From Acidobacteriota bacterium (GTDB lineage Bacteria; Acidobacteriota; Aminicenantia; Aminicenantales; Saccharicenantaceae), in the NCBI GenBank assembly GCA_014894455.1, contig JADBLN010000094.1:38-64037 (forward strand): a DNA stretch of 64,000 nucleotides, read 5' to 3'. Positions 8,458 through 18,906 of this stretch are shown piece after piece (the stretch's first letter is position 1; each line of letters begins with the position of its first letter). The position numbers and the translations under genes were made by a program. Under the pieces are notes generated by a model that saw nothing but the letters and a program-made list of their open reading frames with translations, was not told the origin of the DNA and searched no databases.

Positions 8458-11400
8458 AGGTCTTCATCGACCGCCCCGTGGCCACGGCCATGGCCTTTCT
8501 TGCCCTCCTCGCGACGGGCGTTTACTCCTTCCTCAACACGCCGATCGAGCTGGCGCCGAAGGAGAGCTACCCGATGGTCGACGTCGTCACGAGCTGGTAC
8601 GGCGTGCCTCCCGAGGTCGTCCAGACCCAGGTCACGGCGCCGCTCGAGGAAGCCTGCTCGACGGTCAAGGGCATCGTCAAGATGACCTCGACCTCGCAGA
8701 TCGGGCTGTCCCGGATCACGCTGGAGTTCGATCCCAAGACGAACATGGAGTTCGCCACACTCGCCCTGCGCGAGGAGCTAACGAAAGCCCGGACGCTCAT
8801 GCCGCCCCGGATCCGGCCGATCGTCCAGCCCTATATCCCCGAGGACTTCCGGGTCCGCCCCTTCCTCCAATACACGGTCTCCGGCGACTACGTGCTCCAG
8901 GAGCTCCAGGAGATCGTCAAGGAGAAGCTCGAGATCGGGCTCGGCTCGGTCCGGGGTGTTTCAGGCGTCGAGGTCGCGGGAGGCTCGGAGCCTGAGATCC
9001 GGGTCGTCCTCGACAAGGGCAAGGTCAAGGCCTACGGCCTTCACCCCTACACGATCAACGCGGCCATCGGCGCCCGGCTCGGGACATATCCCACCGGCCG
9101 CATCCGGAAGGGGAACCAGGAGTTCCTGTTCAAGTTCGCCGACCGGATCGACAGCCTGCCCGAGCTCGAGGAGACGGTGGTCGCCTATTCGGGGCAAAAT
9201 CCCATCCTGGTCAAGGACGTGGCCACGGTTGAGATCACCTACGCCGATATCCGGACCATCCACCGCATCAACGGCCAGCCCACGGTCAGCCTGACCGTGT
9301 TGAAGGAGCGCGGCGCGAATACGCTCCGCATCGCCGGCGACGTCAAGCGAAAGCTCGAGGAGGTCAAGAAGGAGCTCCCGCCCAACCTCGTTTTCAAAAG
9401 CGTCGACGACGAGAGCGAGGAGATCCGCAAGAACCTCAACGACCTCGCCCTGCTCGCCGGGCTGATCACCATCATCGTCTTCGTCATGATCTTCGTCGTC
9501 CTCCGCCGCGTCCGGCCGTCGCTCCTCATCCTGTCCTCGATCGCCTTCTCCATCGTCATCACCTTCAACCTCATCTACGCCTTCAAGATCTCGCTCAACA
9601 TGCTGACCCTCGGGGCGCTGGCCCTGGGCTTCGGCATGTTCGTCGACAACTCCATCGTCGTCTTCGAGAACATCCTCCGCCTGCGGGAGCTGGGAATGGA
9701 ACCGCGAGAGGCGTCCATTCAGGGCCCCAAGGAGGTCTTCGTCGCCGTCCTGGCCTCGACGCTGACGGTCATGGCCGTCTTCTTCAGCTTTCCTTTCTTC
9801 CAGGGAAAGCTCAAGATCTACTACCTGCCGCTGGCCATCGTCATCGCCTCGGCCATGGCCGCCTCGCTTCTCGTCTCCTTCTCGCTTATCCCGGCCCTCA
9901 GTCCCCGGCTCATCGAAAAGCGGAAACGAACGGGCACCGAGGAGAGGCCAAGCCCTCGGTTCGAGAAGGTCCTGACATTCCTCATACGCCATCCCGTCGA
10001 GGTCCTGCTCGTCGTCGCCGCCCTCCTCTTCGGGTCCTATCGCTGGTTCAGGGCCGAGGTCACGGTCGGCCGCTGGTATTCCTGGTACTCCAAAGAATAC
10101 CTCTATGTCCGCGTCGTCATGCCGCCGGGAACCGATATCGCCCGGACCGACGAGACCATCCGGGCCTTCGAGGACAAGGTCATGGCCCAGGACTGCACCA
10201 AGGAGATGAACGTCCGCATCCAGTCCGAGAACGCCCAGGCCATCATCGGCTTCCCGCCGGATATCGAGAAGTCCTATCGACCCTACGCCCTGAAGGAGGA
10301 ACTCATCCAGCTGGCCACCCAGTTCGCCGGCATCGACATCAGCGTCTCAGGCTTCGACCCCCAGTGGTACTCCTCGAGCATGGGCGCCGGGACCTATTAC
10401 AGCTCGCGGATCAAGTTCTTCGGCTACAACCTCAAGAAATTAAAAGAGATAACGGCCGACCTGGAAAAGACCCTGCGGCGCAACCCGCGCATCAAAGAGG
10501 TCCGGACCGTTTCCAGCCGCTTCGGCTGGTGGCGGGGCGACACGGTCGAGGACGTCCTCAAGATCGACAAAGCGGCCCTCCGCCGCTACGACATCGACCC
10601 GGCCTACCTCTACTTCCACCTTCAGACGATGATCCAAGGGGAGTTCGGCACGCCGGCCAGGATCCGGACGGGGGGCAGGGACCTCATCGTTTCGGTCAAG
10701 TTCCCCGAGGCATCGACGCTCGACATGCGCGGCCTGCGGGAAGCCCTCATCCAGACGCGTGCCGGTGAGTATCTCCGGCTCGGCGAGATCGCCTCATTCG
10801 ACGAGGTCCCCATCCCCGGGTCGATCGATCGCGAGAACCAGCAGTTCCAACAGACGATCATGTGGGAGTTCCGCGGCCCATCCAAGGCCGAGGAGCGTTA
10901 CCGCAAGGCCGTCTTCGCCTCGCTCCACCTGCAGCCCGGCTTCTCGGCGACCCTCGACGAAAGCTGGTTCGTGACGGAGGAAGAGCAGAAGCAGATCAAC
11001 TTCGCCATCGCCGTCGCCCTGGTCATCATCTTCATGATCCTGGCCGCGCTCTACGAGTCCTTCATCACGCCGTTCTTCATCATGCTGGCCGTGCCGCTCG
11101 CCCTCATCGGCGTCTTCGTCGCGTTCGTCGTGGCCAAGGCGCCCTTCGACCCGACGGCCTACATCGGGGTCATCCTGCTTTCCGGGATCGTCGTCAGCAA
11201 CTCCATCCTCCTCGTCGACCACATCAACCTGAGGCGGCGGCAGGGGCTGGGGCTCCTGGAAGCTGTCGTCCGCGGCACGAAGGACAGAATGCGCCCCGTC
11301 TTCATGACCACGGCGACGACGATCTTCGGCATGCTGCCGCTCCTTCTCATCGGCGCGGAGGCCAACAAGCGTCAGATCTGGTCGTCGTTGGCTTTATGCA

Positions 11401-11591
11401 CCGTGGGCGGCCTGACGAGCTCGACGATTCTCGTTTTCGTCGTCCTTCCGGTCCTCTACTTCCACGGCGACAGGCTGAAGCTCTGGGGAGCGGAGAAAGC
11501 CCGCGAGGCGCGGGGGCTCTTCGGAGCGAAACGGCGCAAAGGCGGGGATCCGGCGGCGGCGGGCGAGATCCCCGAAGAGCCCGCGGAATAG
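8454..11591 (+). CDS. RND efflux permease (AcrB/CzcA superfamily), pump 2
   Basis: The ATG at 8454 overlaps the upstream stop as ATGA. 1045 aa starting MKVFIDRPVATAMAFLALL, with LGALALGFGMFVDNSIVVFENI and GVILLSGIVVSNSILLVDH motifs. Confidence 0.93.
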   Translation: MKVFIDRPVATAMAFLALLATGVYSFLNTPIELAPKESYPMVDVVTSWYGVPPEVVQTQVTAPLEEACSTVKGIVKMTSTSQIGLSRITLEFDPKTNMEFATLALREELTKARTLMPPRIRPIVQPYIPEDFRVRPFLQYTVSGDYVLQELQEIVKEKLEIGLGSVRGVSGVEVAGGSEPEIRVVLDKGKVKAYGLHPYTINAAIGARLGTYPTGRIRKGNQEFLFKFADRIDSLPELEETVVAYSGQNPILVKDVATVEITYADIRTIHRINGQPTVSLTVLKERGANTLRIAGDVKRKLEEVKKELPPNLVFKSVDDESEEIRKNLNDLALLAGLITIIVFVMIFVVLRRVRPSLLILSSIAFSIVITFNLIYAFKISLNMLTLGALALGFGMFVDNSIVVFENILRLRELGMEPREASIQGPKEVFVAVLASTLTVMAVFFSFPFFQGKLKIYYLPLAIVIASAMAASLLVSFSLIPALSPRLIEKRKRTGTEERPSPRFEKVLTFLIRHPVEVLLVVAALLFGSYRWFRAEVTVGRWYSWYSKEYLYVRVVMPPGTDIARTDETIRAFEDKVMAQDCTKEMNVRIQSENAQAIIGFPPDIEKSYRPYALKEELIQLATQFAGIDISVSGFDPQWYSSSMGAGTYYSSRIKFFGYNLKKLKEITADLEKTLRRNPRIKEVRTVSSRFGWWRGDTVEDVLKIDKAALRRYDIDPAYLYFHLQTMIQGEFGTPARIRTGGRDLIVSVKFPEASTLDMRGLREALIQTRAGEYLRLGEIASFDEVPIPGSIDRENQQFQQTIMWEFRGPSKAEERYRKAVFASLHLQPGFSATLDESWFVTEEEQKQINFAIAVALVIIFMILAALYESFITPFFIMLAVPLALIGVFVAFVVAKAPFDPTAYIGVILLSGIVVSNSILLVDHINLRRRQGLGLLEAVVRGTKDRMRPVFMTTATTIFGMLPLLLIGAEANKRQIWSSLALCTVGGLTSSTILVFVVLPVLYFHGDRLKLWGAEKAREARGLFGAKRRKGGDPAAAGEIPEEPAE

Positions 11592-11605
11592 AAAAACGAC
11601 GGGGC

Positions 11606-12214
11606 TTATTTCAAGCTGACACACGCCAAGTGACAGCGCGTGCACTCGAGGGGCAGGTCCGAGTGGAAGGTGTTCCTGAAGAATTCGTTGTCGAGGAGCA
11701 TTTCCTGGGCGATCTGGGCCCGGGACTGCTGGATGAAAGCGGCCAGGTCCTCCTCGACCACCGCGCCGGGCTTGGGCTGTATCCTCCCGACCTCAACGCC
11801 CTGCCAGTAGACGATGACCGCGGGAACTTCCGTGACGCCGTTGTCGGCGATGATCGCCGCCGGCTCGTACAGGTCCTTCGCGACGCCGATGAACTCCGCG
11901 GAGAGCGCCGCATTCCCCGACGCCTCGAACGCCCGGCAGATGGCTCCGGCGAACTTGAGGTCGTCCGATCGTGAGGCAACCAGGAACACCCGGACGTGGA
12001 CCGGGTCGACCAGGGTGACGAGAGTAGCCAGGGCGTTAGGCGAGGGCGAACAGGACGCGAAAGAACCGTCGGCCGCGGCCGCGAGCGAGACGATCTTGTC
12101 CTTCGAAAGGTAGCCGACGAGCGCCTCCTCCTGGCCGCCGCGCCAGGCCAAGGCTGCGGACCCGAGAAGAACGCAGAGCATTCCGCCGGCGATCGCGTTT
12201 CTCGTCCTTCTCAT
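11606..12214 (-). CDS. secreted thioredoxin-fold protein with C-terminal CXXCH motif
   Basis: 202 aa with a signal peptide (MLCVLLGSAALAWRG). Trx-like core with a cis-Pro strand (VTEVPAVIVYWQGVEVGRI) and a degenerate CSPS site. The C-terminus is HSDLPLECTRCHLACVSLK. Confidence 0.6.
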   Translation of the reverse strand: MRRTRNAIAGGMLCVLLGSAALAWRGGQEEALVGYLSKDKIVSLAAAADGSFASCSPSPNALATLVTLVDPVHVRVFLVASRSDDLKFAGAICRAFEASGNAALSAEFIGVAKDLYEPAAIIADNGVTEVPAVIVYWQGVEVGRIQPKPGAVVEEDLAAFIQQSRAQIAQEMLLDNEFFRNTFHSDLPLECTRCHLACVSLK

Positions 12215-12250
12215 CGTTTCGGGATTCTTGTCTTTCCCCGGCGTTCCGGC

Positions 12251-12595
12251 TTATCGTCCGCCGTCCTCCGGAATATTTCGGCATGTGTGTTCGAGAGGCC
12301 TTAGCTTATTCACGACCACATCCCAAACGATCTTCGTGTTGACACCGAAATACTCATGGGCAAGGACGTTGCGCAGAGCGATGATCTTCCGCCATTCGAT
12401 CTCCGGGGCCGCGGCCTGGATCTCGCCGGGAATTCTCCCGGCCGCTTCACCGATGACTTCGAGGTTCCTGACCACAGCGTCGACGGTGACAAGACTTTTT
12501 TCAAAGTCCTCCAGGCTCATGCCCTCCGTGTAAGAGAAAATCCGGCGGACGGCTTCCAAGATGTCGGTCAGGTAGACCCTGTGGTCCCTAGGCAT
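12251..12595 (-). CDS. hepT: HepT-like (DUF86) ribonuclease toxin, type VII TA
   Basis: 114 aa with the RX4HXY catalytic motif as RNVLAHEY. It overlaps the upstream MNT gene by 8 nt (ATGCCTAG). Confidence 0.88.
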   Translation of the reverse strand: MPRDHRVYLTDILEAVRRIFSYTEGMSLEDFEKSLVTVDAVVRNLEVIGEAAGRIPGEIQAAAPEIEWRKIIALRNVLAHEYFGVNTKIVWDVVVNKLRPLEHTCRNIPEDGGR

Positions 12596-13073
12596 AAAGG
12601 ACCTCGCGCAGGGCCTGCGAACGGACCCCTTGTTTCAAAGAATCCTCCAGGACGAGGTCACACGGCCGGCCGAAGAGGTCCTCGAGAAAGAATTTGAGGT
12701 CCATGTAGCGGTCGAAGGTCGGGTCCTCGAGTTCGACGAGAACGTCGATGTCGCTCGCCGGGCCGGCTTCCCCCCGGGCCGCCGAGCCGAAGATGCCGAT
12801 CTTTCGGACGCCGAATTTTTTCTCTATTTCGGGCGCGGCCGTCCGCAGGAGGCGAATGACGTGGTCGCTCTCAGGGCCCTTGCCGGTCCGTGACGAGCGT
12901 TCCTCGACCCACTCATCGACTTCGGAACGCCGGAATTTCAAGAGCCTCCCGATTTTCCTGGCCGGCAGGCCGCGCCTCTCCACCCACTTGTAGACTGTTC
13001 CTCGCCGGATTCCCAGGTAGGCCGACACATCATCGACAGAAAGCCAGCGGTCGTACATCACAGAATCACTCAT
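12588..13073 (-). CDS. mntA: MNT nucleotidyltransferase antitoxin fused to an N-terminal excisionase-type HTH
   Basis: 161 aa. The N-terminus (LSVDDVSAYLGIRRGTVYKWVERRGLPARKIGRLLKFRRSEVDEWV) is an HTH_17/excisionase-like domain. The C-terminus has the GSX10DXD minimal nucleotidyltransferase motif (GIFGSAARGEAGPASDIDVLV). Confidence 0.85.
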   Translation of the reverse strand: MSDSVMYDRWLSVDDVSAYLGIRRGTVYKWVERRGLPARKIGRLLKFRRSEVDEWVEERSSRTGKGPESDHVIRLLRTAAPEIEKKFGVRKIGIFGSAARGEAGPASDIDVLVELEDPTFDRYMDLKFFLEDLFGRPCDLVLEDSLKQGVRSQALREVLYA

Positions 13074-13089
13074 GTAATTTGTCTAATAA

Positions 13090-13138
13090 ATGATAATATA
13101 TACCACTAGATGATAATAAATACCATTTAGTTTGTCAA
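13090..13138 (-). promoter_or_regulatory. promoter (TTGACA-N17-TATCAT) with two 15-bp direct-repeat putative operators
   Basis: On the minus strand, TTGACA is at 13138-13133 and TATCAT at 13115-13110. Direct repeats GGTATTTATTATCAT (13124-13110) and GGTATATATTATCAT (13104-13090) match 14/15 with a 20-bp period, in an AT-rich gap upstream of the HTH-MNT gene. Confidence 0.5.
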
Positions 13139-13166
13139 CTAGCGATTATTCCAAAAAAAACCGATC

Positions 13167-14198
13167 CTAGCCCGGGCTTCCCAGGCTTTTTTCGAAGGGC
13201 TGGCGGCAGATGCCCCTCTCGGTGATGATGGCCGTGATGTAGGCGGCCGGGGTGACGTCGAAGGCCGGGTTGCGGACCTCGGCATCGGGGAGTGTGACCA
13301 GGCGGCCGCCGACCTCGCGGACCTCGTCGGGGCTCCGCTCCTCGATGGGGATGCCGCCGCCGTCGGCGAGCGTCGGGTCGACCGTGCTCATGGGCGCCGC
13401 GACATAGAACGGCACGCCGTTCTCCTTGGCCAGCACGCCCAGCGAATACGTCCCGATCTTGTTGGCCGTGTCGCCGTTGCGGGCGATGCGGTCGGCGCCG
13501 ACGACGACCGCGTCGACATCCCCGCGCCGCAGGAACCAGCCGGCCATGCTGTCGGTGATGAGGACGACAGGGACGCCGTCCTTATCGAGCTCCCAGACGG
13601 TCAGGCGGGCGCCCTGGAGGAAGGGCCGGGTCTCGTCGGCGAAGACGCGGACCCTCTTGCCCTCGGCAACGGCGGCCCGGATGACGCCGAGCGCCGTGCC
13701 GTATTCGGCCGTGGCCAGCCCGCCGGCATTGCAATGGGTCAGGATGGTCCAGCCGTCGCGGATGAGGGCCTGGCCGTGACGGCCGATGGCCCGGTTCGTC
13801 TCCGCATCCTCGCGCTCGATCGCCTTGGCCTCCTCGAGGAGAGCCGTCCGGATGGCCCGCAGGCCGTGCTGCCGAGTGCGCTCGTAGACCGCCTTCATTC
13901 GCTCCAGAGCCCAGAAGAGGTTCCGGGCCGTGGGCCGCGTCCGCTCGAGCCGCTTGTAGATTTTCTCGAAATCACGGTCGAGCGACCGGCCCGTCCCCGC
14001 GGTCAGGGCCATCGCGCCTAGGGCGAGGCCGTAGGCCGCGGCGATGCCGATCGCCGGCGCCCCACGGATGACCATTTTCTCGATGGCCTGGGCCATCTGG
14101 ATATAGGTACTGCAGCGGACGTAGGTCTCCTGGCCGGGGAGCTTCCGCTGGTCGATCATGATGACGGAACGGCCACGCCAGGCAATGGTCGGCAGCAT
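13167..14198 (-). CDS. mtnA: S-methyl-5-thioribose-1-phosphate isomerase
   Basis: 343 aa of the eIF-2B alpha/beta/delta-like family: [72 protein letters not shown]. Confidence 0.9.
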   Translation of the reverse strand: MLPTIAWRGRSVIMIDQRKLPGQETYVRCSTYIQMAQAIEKMVIRGAPAIGIAAAYGLALGAMALTAGTGRSLDRDFEKIYKRLERTRPTARNLFWALERMKAVYERTRQHGLRAIRTALLEEAKAIEREDAETNRAIGRHGQALIRDGWTILTHCNAGGLATAEYGTALGVIRAAVAEGKRVRVFADETRPFLQGARLTVWELDKDGVPVVLITDSMAGWFLRRGDVDAVVVGADRIARNGDTANKIGTYSLGVLAKENGVPFYVAAPMSTVDPTLADGGGIPIEERSPDEVREVGGRLVTLPDAEVRNPAFDVTPAAYITAIITERGICRQPFEKSLGSPG

Positions 14199-14201
14199 CG
14201 G

Positions 14202-15032
14202 TCAATCCTTCTTCCAGGCCGGCGTGCGGGCGTCCCGCCAGCCCCATTTCTTCGTCCAACCGGAATGGGCCGAGGCGAAAGCCTTCGACTCGGCCGCCGG
14301 GAGAGTTTCTTTGAGCTTATCATAACAGTATATGAGCTGGTTGTCGTTATCGCGCGATATTTTTTCCGAGGGCAGGCCGAGCTCGTGGGCAATGACGGCT
14401 TCCTCGTAGGACCGGCGCAGGTCGCCGATGTGGCCGTCGACCTGAGCGTGGAGGTAATGGAATAGGCCGCAGGCGAAGTCACGGTCGAGGAGTCGGTCGA
14501 GCGCTTTGGTCAGGCCGGCCAGCGTCCGGCTTTTTTCTTCGGGATCAAGGCCGGCGGCCCGGGCAAGGACCAGGTTCGTCCGCTTTTCGGCGGCCGTCAT
14601 CAGGACGGGCTTGAAGGCGGACTTGTCGAGGAGCTGGGCGTAAATCCGGAGGGCCGGGGCTTCGAGGCCCAGTTCCTCGAAAGACGCCGCGAGGCCGGCG
14701 AGAGCGACGTCGGAAGCCCACGCTTCGCCCGGTTCGTATCCCAGGCTGAAGGCCTTGAGAAAACTTGCCTCCGCCTCCCGCCACCGGCCGAGGTTCGTTT
14801 CGGCCAAGCCTTTGATCGTGAAAGCCTGGGCCGATGGTTTTCGGCGGCACTCGCACTCGGCTTCGTCGAGGGCCCTCTTCCAGGACGCGACGGCGGCCGC
14901 CGTACGGAAGACGCGGGCCTGGTCCTGGCCCTCGGCGTAAAACTGTTTGGCTTTCCGAAGATGCGGGAGACAAGCTACAGAGAGGACAAAGACAAGGGCG
15001 AGGGCGGCGGCCGGGAAGAGTTTTCTTTTCAT
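14202..15032 (-). CDS. hypothetical secreted protein (helical/TPR-like)
   Basis: 276 aa with the signal peptide MKRKLFPAAALALVFVLSVAC. I recognise no family. It is tightly packed between the neighbouring genes (3-nt gap, 4-nt overlap). Confidence 0.6.
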   Translation of the reverse strand: MKRKLFPAAALALVFVLSVACLPHLRKAKQFYAEGQDQARVFRTAAAVASWKRALDEAECECRRKPSAQAFTIKGLAETNLGRWREAEASFLKAFSLGYEPGEAWASDVALAGLAASFEELGLEAPALRIYAQLLDKSAFKPVLMTAAEKRTNLVLARAAGLDPEEKSRTLAGLTKALDRLLDRDFACGLFHYLHAQVDGHIGDLRRSYEEAVIAHELGLPSEKISRDNDNQLIYCYDKLKETLPAAESKAFASAHSGWTKKWGWRDARTPAWKKD

Positions 15033-15655
15033 GCGTCGGGAGGAATCGCCGGGCTGATGGAGGCCGGCTTTTTGACCAAGGCGATGATCATATTCTGGAC
15101 GTCCTCGTCCTTGAGAAGATGGAGGCCGAGCGAGGCGGCCTCCACGCCGATGAGTTCCAGGGCCTTCCAGAAGTCCGGGTTGGCCGCGGCGGGCTGGATA
15201 TCGTCCCTGGCCTTGCTTGTTCGAGAGGCGAATTCGACGACGATGCCGCGATAATCGGCCGCTTCGATTTCCGCCTTGAAGAGGGCGGTAAGGAAAGCGT
15301 CCCCGAGGCCGAATATGGGATAGAGGGCGGGGAAAGCGGCCCGGAGGGTACGCAGATCGCCCCGGGCGAGCTCGGCGGCGTATTCGCGGCCCAGGGCTTC
15401 GTCCCCGGAGAAAAAATGCAGGACGAATTCGTCGGGCTTAGTCCGGACGAATTCGGGGTCGAGCCAGACCTGCCAGGCGAGGATCCTCTCCCGGTAATCG
15501 AAGACGCGCCGGATCGCCCAGACGCAGGCCGAGTAGAGGACGGGGAAGTAGAGCCAAAACTTCAGGGGCAGGAACGCGTCGAGGATCTCGACACCCCGGG
15601 CGAGCGCGGCCTCGACGTCCTTCTTGCTCATGACCTCGCCGTTCTTTCCATACAC
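15029..15655 (-). CDS. hypothetical protein
   Basis: 208-aa ORF with one hydrophobic segment (LPLKFWLYFPVLYSACVWAI). It overlaps the downstream gene by 4 nt and lies 47 nt after lepA. An alternative start is the ATG at 15631. Confidence 0.55.
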   Translation of the reverse strand: MYGKNGEVMSKKDVEAALARGVEILDAFLPLKFWLYFPVLYSACVWAIRRVFDYRERILAWQVWLDPEFVRTKPDEFVLHFFSGDEALGREYAAELARGDLRTLRAAFPALYPIFGLGDAFLTALFKAEIEAADYRGIVVEFASRTSKARDDIQPAAANPDFWKALELIGVEAASLGLHLLKDEDVQNMIIALVKKPASISPAIPPDA

Positions 15656-15702
15656 ATTCCTGATTCCGCTCCATTATACGTCAACCGCCGCCCCCCCGAG
15701 GC

Positions 15703-17493
<1,791 letters not shown>

Positions 17494-17547
17494 GGAAACG
17501 CCCATTATCTCAGAATTTCCCCGGCCCGGCAAGACGGCCGGCTCCGG

Positions 17548-17576
17548 TTGACTTTTCGGGGGGGAGGGCGTATCTT
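17548..17576 (+). promoter_or_regulatory. putative sigma70-type promoter for tatA
   Basis: TTGACT (17548-17553), 17-nt spacer, TATCTT (17571-17576), followed by AGGAG (17604-17608). Confidence 0.4.
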
Positions 17577-17614
17577 TTAGGAGAGAATCGCGGAAAGACC
17601 CATAGGAGATGCCC

Positions 17615-17800
17615 ATGCTTGGATCCCTCGGACCGACCGAACTGATCCTGATACTCCTGATCGTCATCATCATCTTCGGTGCCCGGAAGCTGCCGGACCT
17701 CGGGAAATCCATCGGTGAGGGCATCAAGAACTTCAAAAAGTCCATGAACACCAAGGACGACCCCGAGAATCCCAAGAAGCCCGAGCCCCCCGCCAATTGA
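17615..17800 (+). CDS. tatA: twin-arginine translocase subunit TatA/E
   Basis: [44 protein letters not shown] is the TatA TM plus amphipathic helix. The ATG at 17615 has better spacing from AGGAG than the ATG at 17609. Confidence 0.88.
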   Translation: MLGSLGPTELILILLIVIIIFGARKLPDLGKSIGEGIKNFKKSMNTKDDPENPKKPEPPAN

Positions 17801-17861
17801 CGGCCCGCCGCCCCGGCGCCTGCCGGGTCCCCCGTCTGAGCGGGCCCTTTGAGTACTCTCC

Positions 17862-18785
17862 ATGAAGACCTATTGCGATGCCGGTTTTGACATCGGCGGC
17901 ACCCGGCTGAAATACGGCCTCATCGACTCCGAGGGGCGCCTCGTCCTCAAGGGAAAGGTCCGCAGTCCCGAGGCCATGGCCGACATCCTGGCCGCCCTCG
18001 AGGAGGCCTGGGGCTCCCTCAAGAAAAAAGCGCCCGGCCCCATCCGCTCCTGCGGCTTCGGCATCGCCGGCTTCTACAGCCTGAAAGAACAGAAGATCCT
18101 CCAGTCGCCGAACTACCCCAGCCTCAACGGTTTTCCCCTCGTCCCCGCCCTCCGCAAGTTCATCGACGTGCCGTTCCGGATCGGGAACGACGCCAACATG
18201 GCCGCTTACGGGGAATTCGCCCACGGGGCGGGGCGGGGTGCCCGGAGCTTGGTCCTGCTGACTATCGGGACGGGCATCGGCTCGGGCATCATCCTCGACG
18301 GGAAGCTGTGGGAAGGCGAGGGCGGCTACGCCGGAGAGATCGGGCACATCACGGTCAACCCCGAAGGCGACCCCTGCAACTGCGGCGGCCGGGGCTGCCT
18401 CGAGACCGAGGCCTCGGCGCCGCGGATCGTCAAGAACTACCAGGCCCTCACGGGACGGACAGATGTCGCCGACTCCCGGGACGTCTACCTCCTGGCCAAG
18501 GCCGGCGACCCGGCCGCGCTCGAGAGCTTCAGAAAATGCGCCTACTACCTGGGCATCGGCCTGGGCATCGTCATCAATCTCCTGAACCCGGAGAAGATCC
18601 TCATTGGCGGAGGCGTCGTCTCGGCCGGGAAATTCCTCCTCGGCCCGGCCGTCGAGGAAGCCCGCCGGCGGTCCCACCGTATTTCCTTCGCCGGCTGCCG
18701 CATCGAGAAAGCGTCCCTGGGCAACGACGCCGGCCTCGCCGGCGCGGCCGCCTGGGCCCGTCTCAAGGCGGGGAGCCGGAAATGA
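17862..18785 (+). CDS. ROK family sugar kinase (glucokinase-like)
   Basis: 307 aa with [13 protein letters not shown] and the ROK zinc motif [28 protein letters not shown]. Confidence 0.88.
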   Translation: MKTYCDAGFDIGGTRLKYGLIDSEGRLVLKGKVRSPEAMADILAALEEAWGSLKKKAPGPIRSCGFGIAGFYSLKEQKILQSPNYPSLNGFPLVPALRKFIDVPFRIGNDANMAAYGEFAHGAGRGARSLVLLTIGTGIGSGIILDGKLWEGEGGYAGEIGHITVNPEGDPCNCGGRGCLETEASAPRIVKNYQALTGRTDVADSRDVYLLAKAGDPAALESFRKCAYYLGIGLGIVINLLNPEKILIGGGVVSAGKFLLGPAVEEARRRSHRISFAGCRIEKASLGNDAGLAGAAAWARLKAGSRK

Positions 18786-18844
18786 GGGCCCTCCCCCGCG
18801 GCGGCCCGCCTGTAACGTTCCGCTGCCGGCGGGAGTTAATTATT

Positions 18845-18873
18845 TTGACATCCCCAGAGGAAAAAAATATAAA
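18845..18873 (+). promoter_or_regulatory. sigma70-type promoter TTGACA-N17-TATAAA
   Basis: TTGACA at 18845-18850, 17-nt spacer, TATAAA at 18868-18873. AAGGAGG at 18895-18901 and a TTG start at 18907 follow. Confidence 0.55.
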
Positions 18874-18906
18874 GGACTGGTGGAGACCGAGACCAAGGAG
18901 GCCGCT

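Noticed and set aside
17494-17796. N-terminal 101-codon extension of the lepA ORF, overlapping tatA on the opposite strand.
   Set aside because: The conserved LepA N-terminus ([19 protein letters not shown]) starts at 17493. The extension is low in complexity and would overlap the tatA promoter and gene.
18604-18906. ORF-track N-terminal extensions of the outer-membrane receptor (18604) and of the propeller genes (2752, 3918), overlapping upstream genes.
   Set aside because: The extensions are Pro/Arg-rich and overlap upstream coding regions. Internal starts with an RBS and immediately following signal peptides (18907, 2914, 4098) fit better.
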